A DNA stretch of 62,968 bases, counting the filler, from Octopus bimaculoides (Eukaryota), in assembly GCF_001194135.2 (NCBI RefSeq). It is 4 parts of 3 records of this genome, joined end to end, with 100 filler letters (N's around TTAATTAATTAA, not from the genome) between each part and the next. Parts side by side here need not be neighbours in the genome. Positions count along the whole stretch, not along the records: positions 24,817 to 51,699 come from NC_068981.1; 3 more parts are not named here. The stretch is one strand, 5' to 3'. The notes beneath the pieces are model-generated. The model was given only the letters and a program-made list of their open reading frames with translations, ran no database searches and was not told the origin of the DNA. This document shows positions 26,173-38,068 of the stretch, in pieces (positions within the stretch are counted from its first letter, which is position 1; each line of letters starts with the position of its first letter). Position numbers and translations under genes: made by a program.

Positions 26173-26975
26173 AGAACAGTCCTGACTGAACATTCCGAGC
26201 AAAGACATTCTTGTGTGCTGCGAACTTAAGCCTACATTCTCTTAGAAGAGATCTGTGATCAAACCCATTCCAGACGTGCCAATCACTTCTGTCTCGCATG
26301 TGCAGGGAATCCAGGTCTTCATTATCTAAAATAGACTCATGGTCAAACACACGCCGACTTTGACAAACCCCCTTTCTTTTCCCCTACGTTTATGTTACCC
26401 TAATTAACAATTGCTCAGAGCAAACTATGATCAGAGAGAGTCCAACCGTGCCAGTCCTCCCTTTTACCTACATTTAGGGACCTCGAGCTACATTATCCAG
26501 AACAGAAAAGAGCGGTCCTACCTGGGCAACGCTTTAAAGGAGGCGGCGCTTTAGCGTCAGCTGTATAAGCCTGTATAGGCTTATACCTCCACGCGATGGG
26601 GAGCAGCTGCCCCGGGCGGCACACACACTCTGGCTATGTCACTAGCTATGACCAAAGGTATTCAAACTTCATTTTTTGACTTATTGTGTAAGGAACCTAC
26701 GCTTACATTATCCAGAGCAGGCCTATGATCATAGACATTCCAACCGTGACAATCCCATCGTATGCCTTTATGTACAAGGAACCCACGTTTATATTATCCA
26801 GACCAGACCTAAGACCAAAGGCGTTCCAGTCCTGACATTCCCATCATGTGCCTTTATGTGTAAGGAACCTACGTTTACATTATCCAGAGCAGGCCTATGC
26901 TCATAGACATTCCAGCCGTGACATACCTCATCGTGTACATTTATGTGTAAAGAACCCAGGCCCAGACCCACGATA
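26173..26975. repeat. 86-bp tandem repeat
   Basis: AAGGAACC(T/C)ACG..ATTATCCAG units start at 26690, 26776, 26862 and 26949; more decayed units lie upstream. Confidence 0.8.
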
Positions 26976-27769
26976 TCCAGTGTATCTTTTTCTAGCTCGA
27001 GTGCGTGTGAGTTGAGTTAGATTTGACTGCTATTTCTAGCAGATCCAGCGACCACATAAAGGCACCCGCGCTGGCTTGTTTGAGTGACGATGCTGGAGGC
27101 CGCGGCGACAGCATCGGTGGCAGCGTCAATGGTGATGGTGGGGGGGGGACGGCCGTCGTGGTCATGATGACGGCGGCGGCTGTGGTGGTGGCTGTGGTGG
27201 TGGTGGTGCTACTACTGCTGCGTGGTATGTTGCGATGGTATGTGGTGGTGGCGATGTTGACATGACAGTGTTAAGATGACAGTTGTAGGGGCGGCAGTAT
27301 GCGACTGTGGTAGTACATGATGGTCGGTTGTGGTGGTGGTGGTGGTAGCTTCTACGGCTGGTGTTGATGTTGTGGTGAGAGCGATAAGGAGCGGTGGAGG
27401 GAGCTAGGTACATAACGAGATTAGAGTTGTCAAAAAATGTGTAGTAATGGATAGCTTAGAATCGACAACTAATTTAATGGAAACCGAGATTGAATGAATC
27501 TATCTCCTCATCTAGAAACTTGGTAAACAGGCTGAGCTTTGTGATAACAACCTAATACAACAACGACAACAACAACAAGGTATAGAATAACAGCCTCAGT
27601 AACAACGACAAATTAATAATGATAACAATAATAATAATAATAATGATTATTGTTATGATTATTATTATTATAATTATAACGATCATAGCAACAGAAACGA
27701 CATAATAATAATGATGATGATGGTGGTGGTGGTGGTGGTGGTAATGGTGGTAATAATACTAATGGTTTC

Positions 27770-27925
27770 AAATTAGGGCACAAGGGCAGCAATTTCAACC
27801 CCAGTGTTTAACTGGTACTTATTTTATCGATCCCGAAAGGATTAAAGGAAAAAGTTGTTGAAAACGGCAGAATTTGAACTCAGAACGTAAAGTTAGTCGA
27901 AATGCCGCTAAGCATTTTGTCCGAC
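27770..27925 (-). mobile_element. SINE family A
   Basis: ACTGGTACTTATTTTATCGATCCCGAAAGG..GAATTTGAACTCAGAACG. Confidence 0.8.
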
Positions 27926-27969
27926 TTGCAATAATAATGATAATAATAATAATAATGATAATAATAATG

Positions 27970-28010
<41 letters not shown>

Positions 28011-28529
28011 TCGTTCTTTTATTAGTCNNNNNNNNNNNNNNNNNNNNNNNNNNNNNNNNNNNNNNNNNNNNNNNNNNNNNNNNNNNNNNNNNNNNNNNNN
28101 NNNNNNNNNNNNNNNNNNNNNNNNNNNNNNNNNNNNNNNNNNNNNNNNNNNNNNNNNNNNNNNNNNNNNNNNNNNNNNNNNNNNNNNNNNNNNNNNNNNN
28201 NNNNNNNNNNNNNNNNNNNNNNNNNNNNNNNNNNNNNNNNNNNNNNNNNNNNNNNNNNNNNNNNNNNNNNNNNNNNNNNNNNNNNNNNNNNNNNNNNNNN
28301 NNNNNNNNNNNNNNNNNNNNNNNNNNNNNNNNNNNNNNNNNNNNNNNNNNNNNNNNNNNNNNNNNNNNNNNNNNNNNNNNNNNNNNNNNNNNNNNNNNNN
28401 NNNNNNNNNNNNNNNNNNNNNNNNNNNNNNNNNNNNNNNNNNNNNNNNNNNNNNNNNNNNNNNNNNNNNNNNNNNNNNNNNNNNNNNNNNNNNNNNNNNN
28501 NNNNNNNNNNNNNNNNNNNNNNNNNNNCC

Positions 28530-31320
28530 TCTCCACCCTCAACTTCCTTTTCAAGTGAAACTTGAAAAAGTTGATGAGGGCTTGGCCAAAGAGGAAAGTG
28601 TCTGTCTTTAGCCCTTTCAAATGGGTCCACCATACTCCCTCTTTCGCTACAGCCACTAAACAAATAAAAATTGCCTGCCCCTCCAGGCCAAAAGAGGGCG
28701 GCGGGGCAATCTTCAAGATGGATTCAGCTGATAGCCGGATCCGTCTTACACGCGACTGCAGGTGTTCCACATAAACCCACGGGTCAGCAATACTCAGGCA
28801 CTGAACTAGGGCGTGCAGAACGGTTTCATCGTTCTGGGCGCACCTCAGGCAGGCCCGGCTGACGGCACTTCTATGCCTGTAAAGTTTATCTCAAACAGGC
28901 AGCGCCTCTCGGTAGCACTGCTAAGCAAGAGATTTTTAGAAGTTATCCATAGGCCCAGGCCTGAAAGTTCTCCCAAACAGATCGGTTTGTTGATTTTCAT
29001 CGACGCCCAGAGTTTCCCCGAGAACATCGACGCGCTTTCCCTCCACTAGACTTCTATAGAACGCTAGAGTGGGACTAGCACCGACCACATTGCCCGCCTG
29101 GCGGAAGGCTGTGAGAGCTTGACGGCATTCGAGGTGCTAAGCGCCCCTCCTCGGTTTATGCCTTATCCATGTTTGCAGCTCAGTCAAACAGACGAGCTGT
29201 GGAAAAGTGTACCTGACAAATGGTGACCACACCTGCTCATCGTCAAGGAAACACTGGAAATGCTACAACCGCAGCGCATGTCTGCGCATCAGTAACCACG
29301 GCATCCATTCAGCCCTCCATTCAGCGGCTGTTGACAGCAGATAGAGCACCTGACCAGTGGAACGCGCCCCTTCTACAGAAAGAGGAAGAGTAAACGTACC
29401 AGCTTGGTCAACCAGCAAATGGGGCAAGGGACGACGGTCAAGCGGTAATAGCTGACGGATGCGATATACGCATTCGCCCCTTCCGCTCGACCTTTCAGGG
29501 ACAGCTTCCTCTCGGCCCATTNNNNNNNNNNNNNNNNNNNNNNNNNNNNNNNNNNNNNNNNNNNNNNNNNNNNNNNNNNNNNNNNNNNNNNNNNNNNNNN
29601 NNNNNNNNNNNNNNNNNNNNNNNNNNNNNNNNNNNNNNNNNNNNNNNNNNNNNNNNNNNNNNNNNNNNNNNNNNNNNNNNNNNNNNNNNNNNNNNNNNNN
29701 NNNNNNNNNNNNNNNNNNNNNNNNNNNNNNNNNNNNNNNNNNNNNNNNNNNNNNNNNNNNNNNNNNNNNNNNNNNNNNNNNNNNNNNNNNNNNNNNNNNN
29801 NNNNNNNNNNNNNNNNNNNNNNNNNNNNNNNNNNNNNNNNNNNNNNNNNNNNNNNNNNNNNNNNNNNNNNNNNNNNNNNNNNNNNNNNNNNNNNNNNNNN
29901 NNNNNNNNNNNNNNNNNNNNNNNNNNNNNNNNNNNNNNNNNNNNNNNNNNNNNNNNNNNNNNNNNNNNNNNNNNNNNNNNNNNNNNNNNNNNNNNNNNNN
30001 NNNNNNNNNNNNNNNNNNNNNNNNNNNNNNNNNNNNNNNNNNNNNNNNCAAAGCCTCCAACTTCTGCAGTAACGGCTCAAGATTCAGGATATACAGAAAG
30101 AAGATGCTGTTGTACCAAGCAGCAATCCAACCGCGGAAAACCAGACCGAACCTGGCTGCTGCCTTGAGGACCGCTGCCAAGTATTGATGGTCGACCCTAT
30201 CAAAGGCTTTAGATTGATCTAAATTGACCAGAGCCCCACCCATACCAGCTTCTCTATGATGTAGTGTATAAGATGGAGGTTATCGTGAATAGTCCTGGTT
30301 GGGATGGCGCATGTTTGCGCCTCGCCAACAAGCTTGTCCACGACAAACGCCAACCTCTTGGCTAACACCTTGGCCAAAATCTTCAACTCTGCATTGAGCA
30401 GAGTGATAGGCTTGTTTGGGTCCTTTCTCAGCAGTGCCACCGCCCCTCGACAGACAAAAGTGGGAATTCTTCCATTCTGCTGCCAGTTGCAGTAGACGCC
30501 TGCTAAGAGACCCGCAAACAAGTCTGGAATCGAAGTATAAAGCTCATAGGGCAAACCATCAAACCTGACAATCTACCTCTCGTGCAACTCTTCATCGCTT
30601 CCCGTATCTCCGCGGCTGTTATAGGCCTTTCACAGCACTCCGCCTCGCTCGCCGAGAATCGTGGCAATCCGTGCATGTACACATCAAAGTCTGCCCTCTT
30701 ACCCGTCCTACCATTCGTCTCGAACAGTCGAGAAAAGTGCCACTGAAAAGCCGCACGCATCTGTTTCGATTTTGCTGCTTCTGTTGTTGCTGCTGCTGTA
30801 CTGGAGGTGCCTCCGTTTCTGGTGTCGGTTGTAGCTTCCGACGCATTTCCATGTATTTGAGGTAGTCGACCTTGAGGTTCTGATCCCTTCCACAAAAGTA
30901 GCACCTCGGCCTCCTGACCTCCATGGCCACGTGTAGTCTGGTGCCATCTGGTAATTTTATAGATCAGCGATTTGGTTAAGGGCCTCTTGTTCAATTTGAA
31001 CAAGGAGCTCTAAATCCTGACCCGTCCAATTTTGTTGGTGCAATTTATGCACCTCCAGTATTGTGGCGCTATCCTCTATATCAAAGAGGACAGCCGCCAC
31101 CAGCCAGTGGCACCTCTTCAATTTTAATTTTAGTGATGCGCCGACCAAAATATGTCGGTACGAGCAGGAATTCCTCAGTCTTTAGTAGTATGTAGAATGC
31201 TGTCTTGCTTCTTCTTCCGTTGCGAAGCGCACTCCCACGGTGCCGAATCGTTTTCCTCTTGTTACATACGTTTTCCTCGTCCATACTGGTTTTAACAGCA
31301 ATTTGAGTCGCTCGTTCCAC
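28530..31320 (-). mobile_element. Tx1/L1-like LINE ORF2 remnant (GC-rich, frameshifted, spans a gap)
   Basis: PITLLNAELKILAKVLAKRL..QTCAIPTRTIHDNL and LVNLDQSKAFDRVDHQYL are RT domain 1-3 motifs typical of L1/Tx1. Confidence 0.85.
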
Positions 31321-31349
31321 TCTTTTTTTAAATATTTAATGTCCTATAA

Positions 31350-31565
31350 GACAGCGGAGCTGGCAGAGATGCTAGCACACCGGGCGTAATGCTTAACGGT
31401 ATTTCGTCTGTCTTTACGTTCTGAGTTCAAATTCCGCCGAGGTCGACTTTGCCTTTCATACTTTCGGGGTCGATAAATTAAGCACGAGTAGCATACTGGG
31501 GTCGATGTAATCGATTGACCTCTTCCCAAAAAATTTCGGACCTTGTACCTAGAGTAGAAAAGGTT
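31350..31565 (+). mobile_element. SINE family A, full length
   Basis: Head GGAGCTGGCAG, central domain, tail CCTTGTACCTAGAGTAGAAA. Confidence 0.85.
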
Positions 31566-32267
31566 ATTTAATGTCCTGTACGTTACCGCTTTTTGTTTTT
31601 TTTTTTCAGTGTTTTTATTATTAGTTCTTGTGGGGTGTTAAGGAAGACATTATTGTCTTCCTTCCTTAACAACCCCTTCACATTTTTTAAGTCGTCAAAA
31701 GTTAAATGAATTAACTGCCTGGTTTATTTCGCCGCTGAGGCGAAACCGTTGCCGCTTGGTTTGTCGTTGATGTTCCTGTTTGACTTTTCTTTCTTTCTCG
31801 TTCGTGTTGTCTGTGTTCATGTCGGTGTTTTCTTGACTGTTTTTTTTTTCTTTTTCCATGTTAATGGTGGTACTGGTGCTATTAGTGGTGTTGGTACTGT
31901 TATTTGTGCTGTTCAGAGGTGGGAAATCTTAGCTGTCCTGGCTGTCAGAACAGCCACTGCCACTCTCCTCGACAGAGGAAGCCATCTTGTTTTTCGTTCG
32001 ACGAAAAACAAAAAATATTTTTTAAGGACCAAAACGTCTAAAATTCGCCCCTGAGAGGGGGAACTTTTAACAAATGAACCTCTTCTGCACACCAAAAGGA
32101 GTTCAGAAAACAAAAACAGCCAAACTTGGACTGACCAAAAAAGTAACAGAAAATTATTTAAGAATGATCTTTGGCTTACCATCCATGCAAAAGATTGTCT
32201 TAGCTGGTACGTCGCTGTGAATTTTCCTTCTTTTCCCCCCCTTTATTTTATTTTATTTGTTTTTTTA

Positions 32268-32742
32268 CTTGTTTCAGTCATTTGACTGCGGCCATGCTAG
32301 AGCACCACCTTTAGCCGAACGAATCGACCCCAGTATTTATTCTTTGTAAGCCTTGTACTTATTTTATCAGTGTCTTTTGCTGAACCGCTAAGTTACGATA
32401 ACGTAAACACACTAACGTCGGTTGTCAAGCGACGGTGGGGNNNNNNNNNNNNNNNNNNNNNNNNNNNNNNNNNNNNNNNNNNNNNNNNNNNNNNNNNNTA
32501 TATGTATGTATGTATGTATGTATGTATATATATATGTGTATATGTATATATATATATGTATATATATATATATGTATATATATATACGATGGGCTTCTTT
32601 CAGTTTCCGTCTACCAAATCCATTCACGAGGCTTTGGTCGCCCTGAGTCTGTAGCAGAAGACACTTTCTCAAGGTGCCCCTTAGTGGAACTGTACTCGGA
32701 ATCATGTGGTTGGGAAGCAAGCTTCTTACCACACAGCCACAC
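32268..32742 (-). mobile_element. SINE family B, full length
   Basis: Both halves flank a TA/CA tract with a small gap. Confidence 0.85.
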
Positions 32743-32959
32743 CTGTTTACTTTTTATTTTTTTTATTTTTCTCTCTGTTTCCCCATTTTCTTTATCACAT
32801 GACTTTGTAAATGAAGAATCTGGTGTGTTTATTTTAATGGCCTACCGATGTACGTTTCTCTGTCCTAGGTGTCAGGAAGACACTCGGCAAGAAATGGAAA
32901 CAGAATTGAAAGAAGATGCTAATCAAAATAATAGTAATAATAATAATAATAATAATAAT

Positions 32960-33310
32960 GGTCACAGCTTATCAAATTCTTTTGCCGAGATATCAGGACC
33001 ATAATATCTCGACAAAAGAATTTGATAAGCTGTAACCATATGATATCTCGGTAAAAGAATTTGATAAGCTGTAACCATAATATCTCGGCAAAAGAATTTG
33101 ATAAGCTCAGAAAATATAAAGATTTGTTAATCGAAATCGAAAAGATGTGGCATCTCAAGACGGTTACAATACCAGTGATTATAGGAGCACTTGGAATGAT
33201 CAAAAAAAGGAACTGAAAATTACTTAAGAATGATCCCTGGCTTACCATCCATGCAGGAAATGCAAAAGATTGTCTTAACCGTATTGAGAAGAGCATTGAC
33301 GCTGTGAATT
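32960..33310 (+). mobile_element. 3' fragment of an R4-like LINE with reiterated 5' junction
   Basis: ISAKEFDKLRKYKDLLIEIEKMWHLKTVTIPVIIGALG; a 37-39-bp segment is repeated three times in tandem and once inverted. Confidence 0.8.
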
Positions 33311-33580
33311 TTCTTTCCTTTCTCACCTTTTATTTTATGTTTGCTTTTAATTTTTTATTTCTCCTTTTTTTTTCTCTATTGAATCGGCTATAAGGGACGC
33401 TCTCGGACCCTTAGTCACGAGAGATGTGTCCGGACCCATGACCCTAAACCAAAATTTTGTTAAGGTTATTTCTACAGATATTCTACAGAACTTATAGCCA
33501 GCGCTAATTTTTGCCGCAACGTTTCATATCAAGACGTCAAATGTAAACAGACAATGTGATCGAAAACAAAAGTGGGTAAT

Positions 33581-33628
33581 GAGTGTATATACCATATTTC
33601 GGGGATTATTACCCCTTCTTCAGTACTC
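33581..33628 (-). ncRNA. Type I hammerhead ribozyme
   Basis: GAGTA-CTGAAGA-A-GGGG-TAATAAT-CCCC-GAAA-TAT-GGT-ATA-TA-CACTC; stem I is GAGT(G/A)/CACTC, stem III is 4 bp, cleavage after AUA. Confidence 0.82.
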
Positions 33629-33909
33629 ATCTAACCCACTAATGCCTCTGGACACATTGCTTCTATAGCCACCGCATACAGTGGCGTTAAGTTATTGGAT
33701 ATACCAATTTACATATTAGACGCATTCCTGGGGCTGGTATGCAAACATTGAAGATTTTTTAGGTACGTAGTACTTCGTTATTGAAACACAATATGTTATA
33801 CGGTATACTGAATGTTTTTATAAGTCAGTACCACGTACGTTCTATTGCGTCAGCAGTGCTCTCATATTATTTTGTAAATGTTATTTTCTTTTATTCTTTT
33901 ATTCTTTTA

Positions 33910-34256
33910 TTTGTTTCAGTCATTTGACTGCGGCCATGCTGGAGCACCACCTTTAGTCAATAAAATCGACCCCAGGGTCTTTGTAAGCCTAGTACTTATT
34001 CTATCGGTCTCTCTTTCCGAACCGCTAAGTTGCGGGGACGTAAACACACCAGCATCGATTGTCAAGTGATGTTGGGGGGACAAACACATACACACAAACA
34101 TATATATATATATACGGGCTTCTTTCAGTTTCCGTCTACCAAATCCACTTACTCAGCCCGAAGATATAGTAGAAGACACTGTGCCATGCAATGGGACTGA
34201 ACCCGGAACCATGTGGTTGGTAAGCAAGCTTCTTACTACACAGCCACGCCTGCGCC
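33910..34256 (-). mobile_element. SINE family B inserted in the hammerhead repeat
   Basis: Family B blocks; the tRNA-like head ends near 34256. Confidence 0.85.
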
Positions 34257-34859
34257 TACAGATATATGATAGAACTTATAGCCAGCACTGATTTTTGCTA
34301 CAACGTTTCGTATCGAGACGTCAGATATAAACAGACAATGTGATCGAAGACAAAAGGAAGTAATGTGTGTATATGCCATATTTCGGTGGTTTTTGCTCCT
34401 TATAGTATATTGTGGTTGCATAACGAAGTACCACGTACCTACACATCTTTAATGTTTACATACCAGACCCAGGAATGTGTCTAATATGTAAATTGGTATA
34501 TCCAATAATTTAACACCGCTGTATGCGGTGGCTATATTAGCAATGGGTTCAGAGGCAATAATGGGTTAGATGAGTGCTGAAATATGGTATATACACTCAT
34601 TACCCTCTTTTTCTTCGATCACATTGTCTGTTTACATTTGATGTCTCGATACGAAACGTTGTAGCAAAAATCAGTGGTGGCTATAAGTCCTATAGAGTAT
34701 TTGTAGTAATAACCCTAACAAAATAATGTAAGAGCATTGCTGACGCAATAGAACATAGTACTGACTTGTAAAAATATTTAGTATACCTTATAGTACATTG
34801 TTTGCATAACGAAGTACCACGTACCTACAAATCTTTAACCTAAACCTAAAATCTAGTAC

Positions 34860-35870
34860 CTCTACCGATGTGAAGTGGAATGCAAGACAAAGGAAGTAAT
34901 CTGGTTCCAGCCACCCTTCGCCTTCAACATTCAGAATTGTTTTTTTTTTCTTTTTTTGCAGTTTTGCAGCTTTAGAGAAGCACTTTCCCACGTCTAGCAG
35001 GTATAGGAAAATTTTTAATCCCCATTCCATTAAGTTATCATACTCTACTATCTCTAAAACAGTTGATGTTAAACGTAGAATTGTTAATAAACAACTAAAC
35101 TACTTACCTAGCACTAAGGTTAGCAATACCCGTACACAATACCCCAGCATATACAACAATGCGGACTACCCACATCGAACCGGATCGGTGACTGACATCC
35201 CGAATGTTAGTAGCAGGTTCAGTTTGCATTCCGTTCAAGGAAACGGGGGGTGGGCTTATAGTGTAAATCCTGCACACCTCAACATTCGTAATGAAAACGA
35301 CATCACTAGTACTAACTATAACTTTGTTAATTCTGCCAACCCTGTCAGAGGATAAAACTGGGAGTATTCTTGGTAAAATCAATGACGGATCTGAGCACGA
35401 AAACCTGAACTACACCCCACGTGAACCCGCAGATAATTATAAATGTCCCTCTTCCTATCCATTTCATAATATGTGTCTAATAAGTAAACCACATTGTTTA
35501 TCAATGTGTTGTAACTACAAATCAGACTAGATACGTTTATATAGGTGCTTCTTGCAATGGCTTAAGTCTCGAATACTTAATCATAATATAATATAACATT
35601 TCATAATCATAATATAGCATTTCGATCCGAAGCTAAGGCTGGTAGCACATCCTTATCAAAATTGATTTAGAAATTAAAGGGTTTAGTGGATTACGATATC
35701 AAATGGTCGATCGTTCAACATGCGATATCCGACAATGGTTATAATAAGTTCTCGTTATGTTTTGCAGAAATTAAGATAATTATTAACACTAAGGATAACA
35801 TTATTAATCGCTTGGACGAACCAATTATAAGATATTAACATAGATTACGCAATACCCTCCTCCGTTACAA
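34860..35870 (+). pseudogene. Penelope-like ORF C-terminal half (thumb, linker, GIY-YIG endonuclease), decayed
   Basis: RKVIWFQPPF, EKHFPTSSRYRKIFNPHSIKLSYS, KCP....NMCL, HIVYQCVVT..YVYIGA, TSLSKLI*KLK..YDIKWSI. Confidence 0.85.
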
Positions 35871-37118
35871 AACATAATTCCCATTAAAAAAATGACTAGT
35901 TGCTCCCTCTTAATTTGTATTCAATGAAAGTTTTTTAACAAACCTCATTTTCCCTTGCCTCTAGGTCCGTACTATATCTATTTAGCTTTATATAGTGTAA
36001 TAATAATATTCCCAAGTAGACACTTCACCTAGTTTTACTAACGTATATACTTTTGTATATACTTTTGCATGTTATTACTACATGGGAATCTGGTTAAGCG
36101 TAGCATTCCTCCCATATTCCCAAGGATATCATGTTATATCCTGCTAATTTATACATTTTTTATCCACATACAAGTTTTAGTACCCGTGTATAGGAGTCTA
36201 CCATGATCATTTTTCATTTTTTCACAAATCGTGCATATTTGCGGGAGATTGCTGTTTCCTGTTTCATCTTAACTCCTGCTAAATACATGTTTTCATGTTT
36301 CTTCTTTCTATACGTGCAATGAGTTGTAAACACACGTATATGTGTGGGTGTATGTTTTTGCGTTTTTCTTTATTTTCTTTTTTTCCATTTATTTTTGTAT
36401 GTATTTATGCATTTGTAACTATGCGTATAACTTTTGTTCACTTGTCTCATTTTAGCTTTTTAAGCGTCACTGTTCCTTCTGTCTACCATTACATTTAATT
36501 ATCTTCTAGTGTACGTCTACGTGTATGTATGCTTATGTATTTACGCATAGAATCGATAATATACTTTATAGCAACAGCGTGCTGATGTATTCGCTTGTAA
36601 AGACGTACGTTTAAGTGTGAATGTATGTATGTGGATCTATATCTTTTGTGAGTAAATATGCACATAGCGGGAATGTATATATAAGTTTTTATTTATGCTT
36701 AGCCATGCGTTTATCTAAGAATATATACATATTGGGTAATTTAAGAATTAAGGAAGCTATACTCATACACAGACTAGGGCCCCAAATTAACAACAAGCTG
36801 GAAGTTGGTAATCAATATATTACTTAGCTACATCTGGATGCGTGTAGGTTCATTCTTAATAACATGCTCATGTATTGTATATAACAAAAAAAAAGAAGAG
36901 GAAAAAAAGAAGGGAAAAAAGGAAGTTGCACGTATAATACATAACTTAGAAGCAGCGCTACGGATGTACCAGCACACACGAGATTGAGACATGGCCGACC
37001 TCGCGCACTTCTCATAAGGAATTTCGGAAGGAGCTTTGTGAGACCACCACTGAGACGCTTCCGAAAAAGAAAAAAGAAAAGCCGTTGGAAAACCGACTTT
37101 AGCAGCGGCTCCATCTAA

Positions 37119-37158
37119 GAATATCTGAAGAAGGAATTTTATTCCAAAATATTATCAT
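37119..37158 (+). ncRNA. Degenerate hammerhead ribozyme
   Basis: CTGAAGA-A-GGAA-TTTTA-TTCC-AAAA-TATT; GAAA is mutated to AAAA and stem I is poor. Confidence 0.5.
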
Positions 37159-37312
37159 ACTATGGATGACTAAATTATAACAGGTATATAGCTCATTGTT
37201 TGTATTAAAGTGCATTGTTGTACCATTTAAAACTTTTTATTCTTTACAAACAATACACAATGCTTCAAGCGAACTACAATACTCTCCTATATATATATAT
37301 ATGTGTGTATGT

Positions 37313-37350
<38 letters not shown>

Positions 37351-37396
37351 AGTTTACTCTTCCGTTGAGGCAGGATCAACAGAACAAATTTGGAGT

Positions 37397-37447
37397 TTTA
37401 CCTAATATTTCTATATTTCGGGGTTATGACCCCTTCTTCAGGACCTT
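37397..37447 (-). ncRNA. Hammerhead core in the inverted Penelope terminus
   Basis: CTGAAGA-A-GGGG-TCATAA-CCCC-GAAA-TATA-GAAAT; core is intact, stem I is weak. Confidence 0.7.
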
Positions 37448-38028
37448 GTGTGTAAACTACATGAAAAAGCCCATACTCCCAGATCTGATATATGTTTCCT
37501 TAAGCTTCCCTATTTCAACAACAGAACCACGGTTGCTATACAGAATGCGATCGGCAGAGAGGGGCTTAACAAAGAGATAGTGGTCATCGGTCACCTCTAA
37601 GAAAATTTCTATCTTGAAATAAGACCACAGATAGCATTGTGGGATGCACATTATCTAATTACCTCATTAATGTCTTCAAAATGCGCTCGAGGGCCTATGT
37701 AGTACACGAGGTAGTCAGCAGTAAATGCGGGACGTTCGACATTAGAAGCACCAGCAGAAAACTACACCTTCGCAAGGAACACATGTGCACAGACACTTTG
37801 ATAGAAAAATACCTACAGACGTGCCAAACCCAGAATTTCAAGGTATGCATCAGGGCCACTCATCGCAATAGAAGCAATCTCGGGATCATGGAGTCCCTCC
37901 TTATCAAGTGAAACCAGATAAGAGTTACATGAAGCAGACTGCATACTATAAAAACACAAGTCAAGGCATGTTCATCGTTTTCTCCATACATCTGAGCAAC
38001 GACTCTTTTCCATTCCACGCTTGTCTAC

Positions 38029-38068
38029 ATATCCTGAGAAAGGGCACATAATCCCGAAATATAGAAAC
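38029..38068 (+). ncRNA. Hammerhead copy in the Penelope 3' UTR, mutated core
   Basis: CTGAGAA-A-GGG-CACATAAT-CCC-GAAA-TATA-GAAAC. Confidence 0.6.

Larger units (their letters stand above)
33455..34835. mobile_element. Hammerhead-containing ~410-bp non-coding repeat, present as a monomer, a partial direct copy and an inverted permuted copy
   Basis: 33455-33875 is one unit; 34270-34390 is a direct partial copy; 34398-34835 is its reverse complement starting at a different register, with a 388-bp period. Confidence 0.85.

Noticed and set aside
27050-27420. Gly/Val- or His/Pro-rich ORFs
   Set aside because: Decayed GGT/GTG trinucleotide sequence with no splice or codon support.
32990-33110. 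CRISPR-like regular repeats
   Set aside because: There are no unique spacers; the sequence is LINE-derived and the context is eukaryotic.
34300-34330. Second hammerhead-like motif in the 410-bp unit (CTGACGTCTCGATACGAAACGTT on the minus strand)
   Set aside because: The core lacks the GA of CUGANGA in all three copies and there is no stem I.
35108-35341. Apparent 234-bp minus-strand exon with good splice sites
   Set aside because: It is the exact antisense mirror of the open Penelope frame (KIFNPHSIKLSYS..). Exonisation cannot be excluded but has no support here.
35291-35530. ORF resembling a secreted cysteine-rich peptide (MKTTSLVLTITLLILPTLS..CC)
   Set aside because: It lies inside the Penelope remnant. 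The cysteines belong to the pre-GIY linker, and a frameshift continues into HIVYQC..YVYIG.
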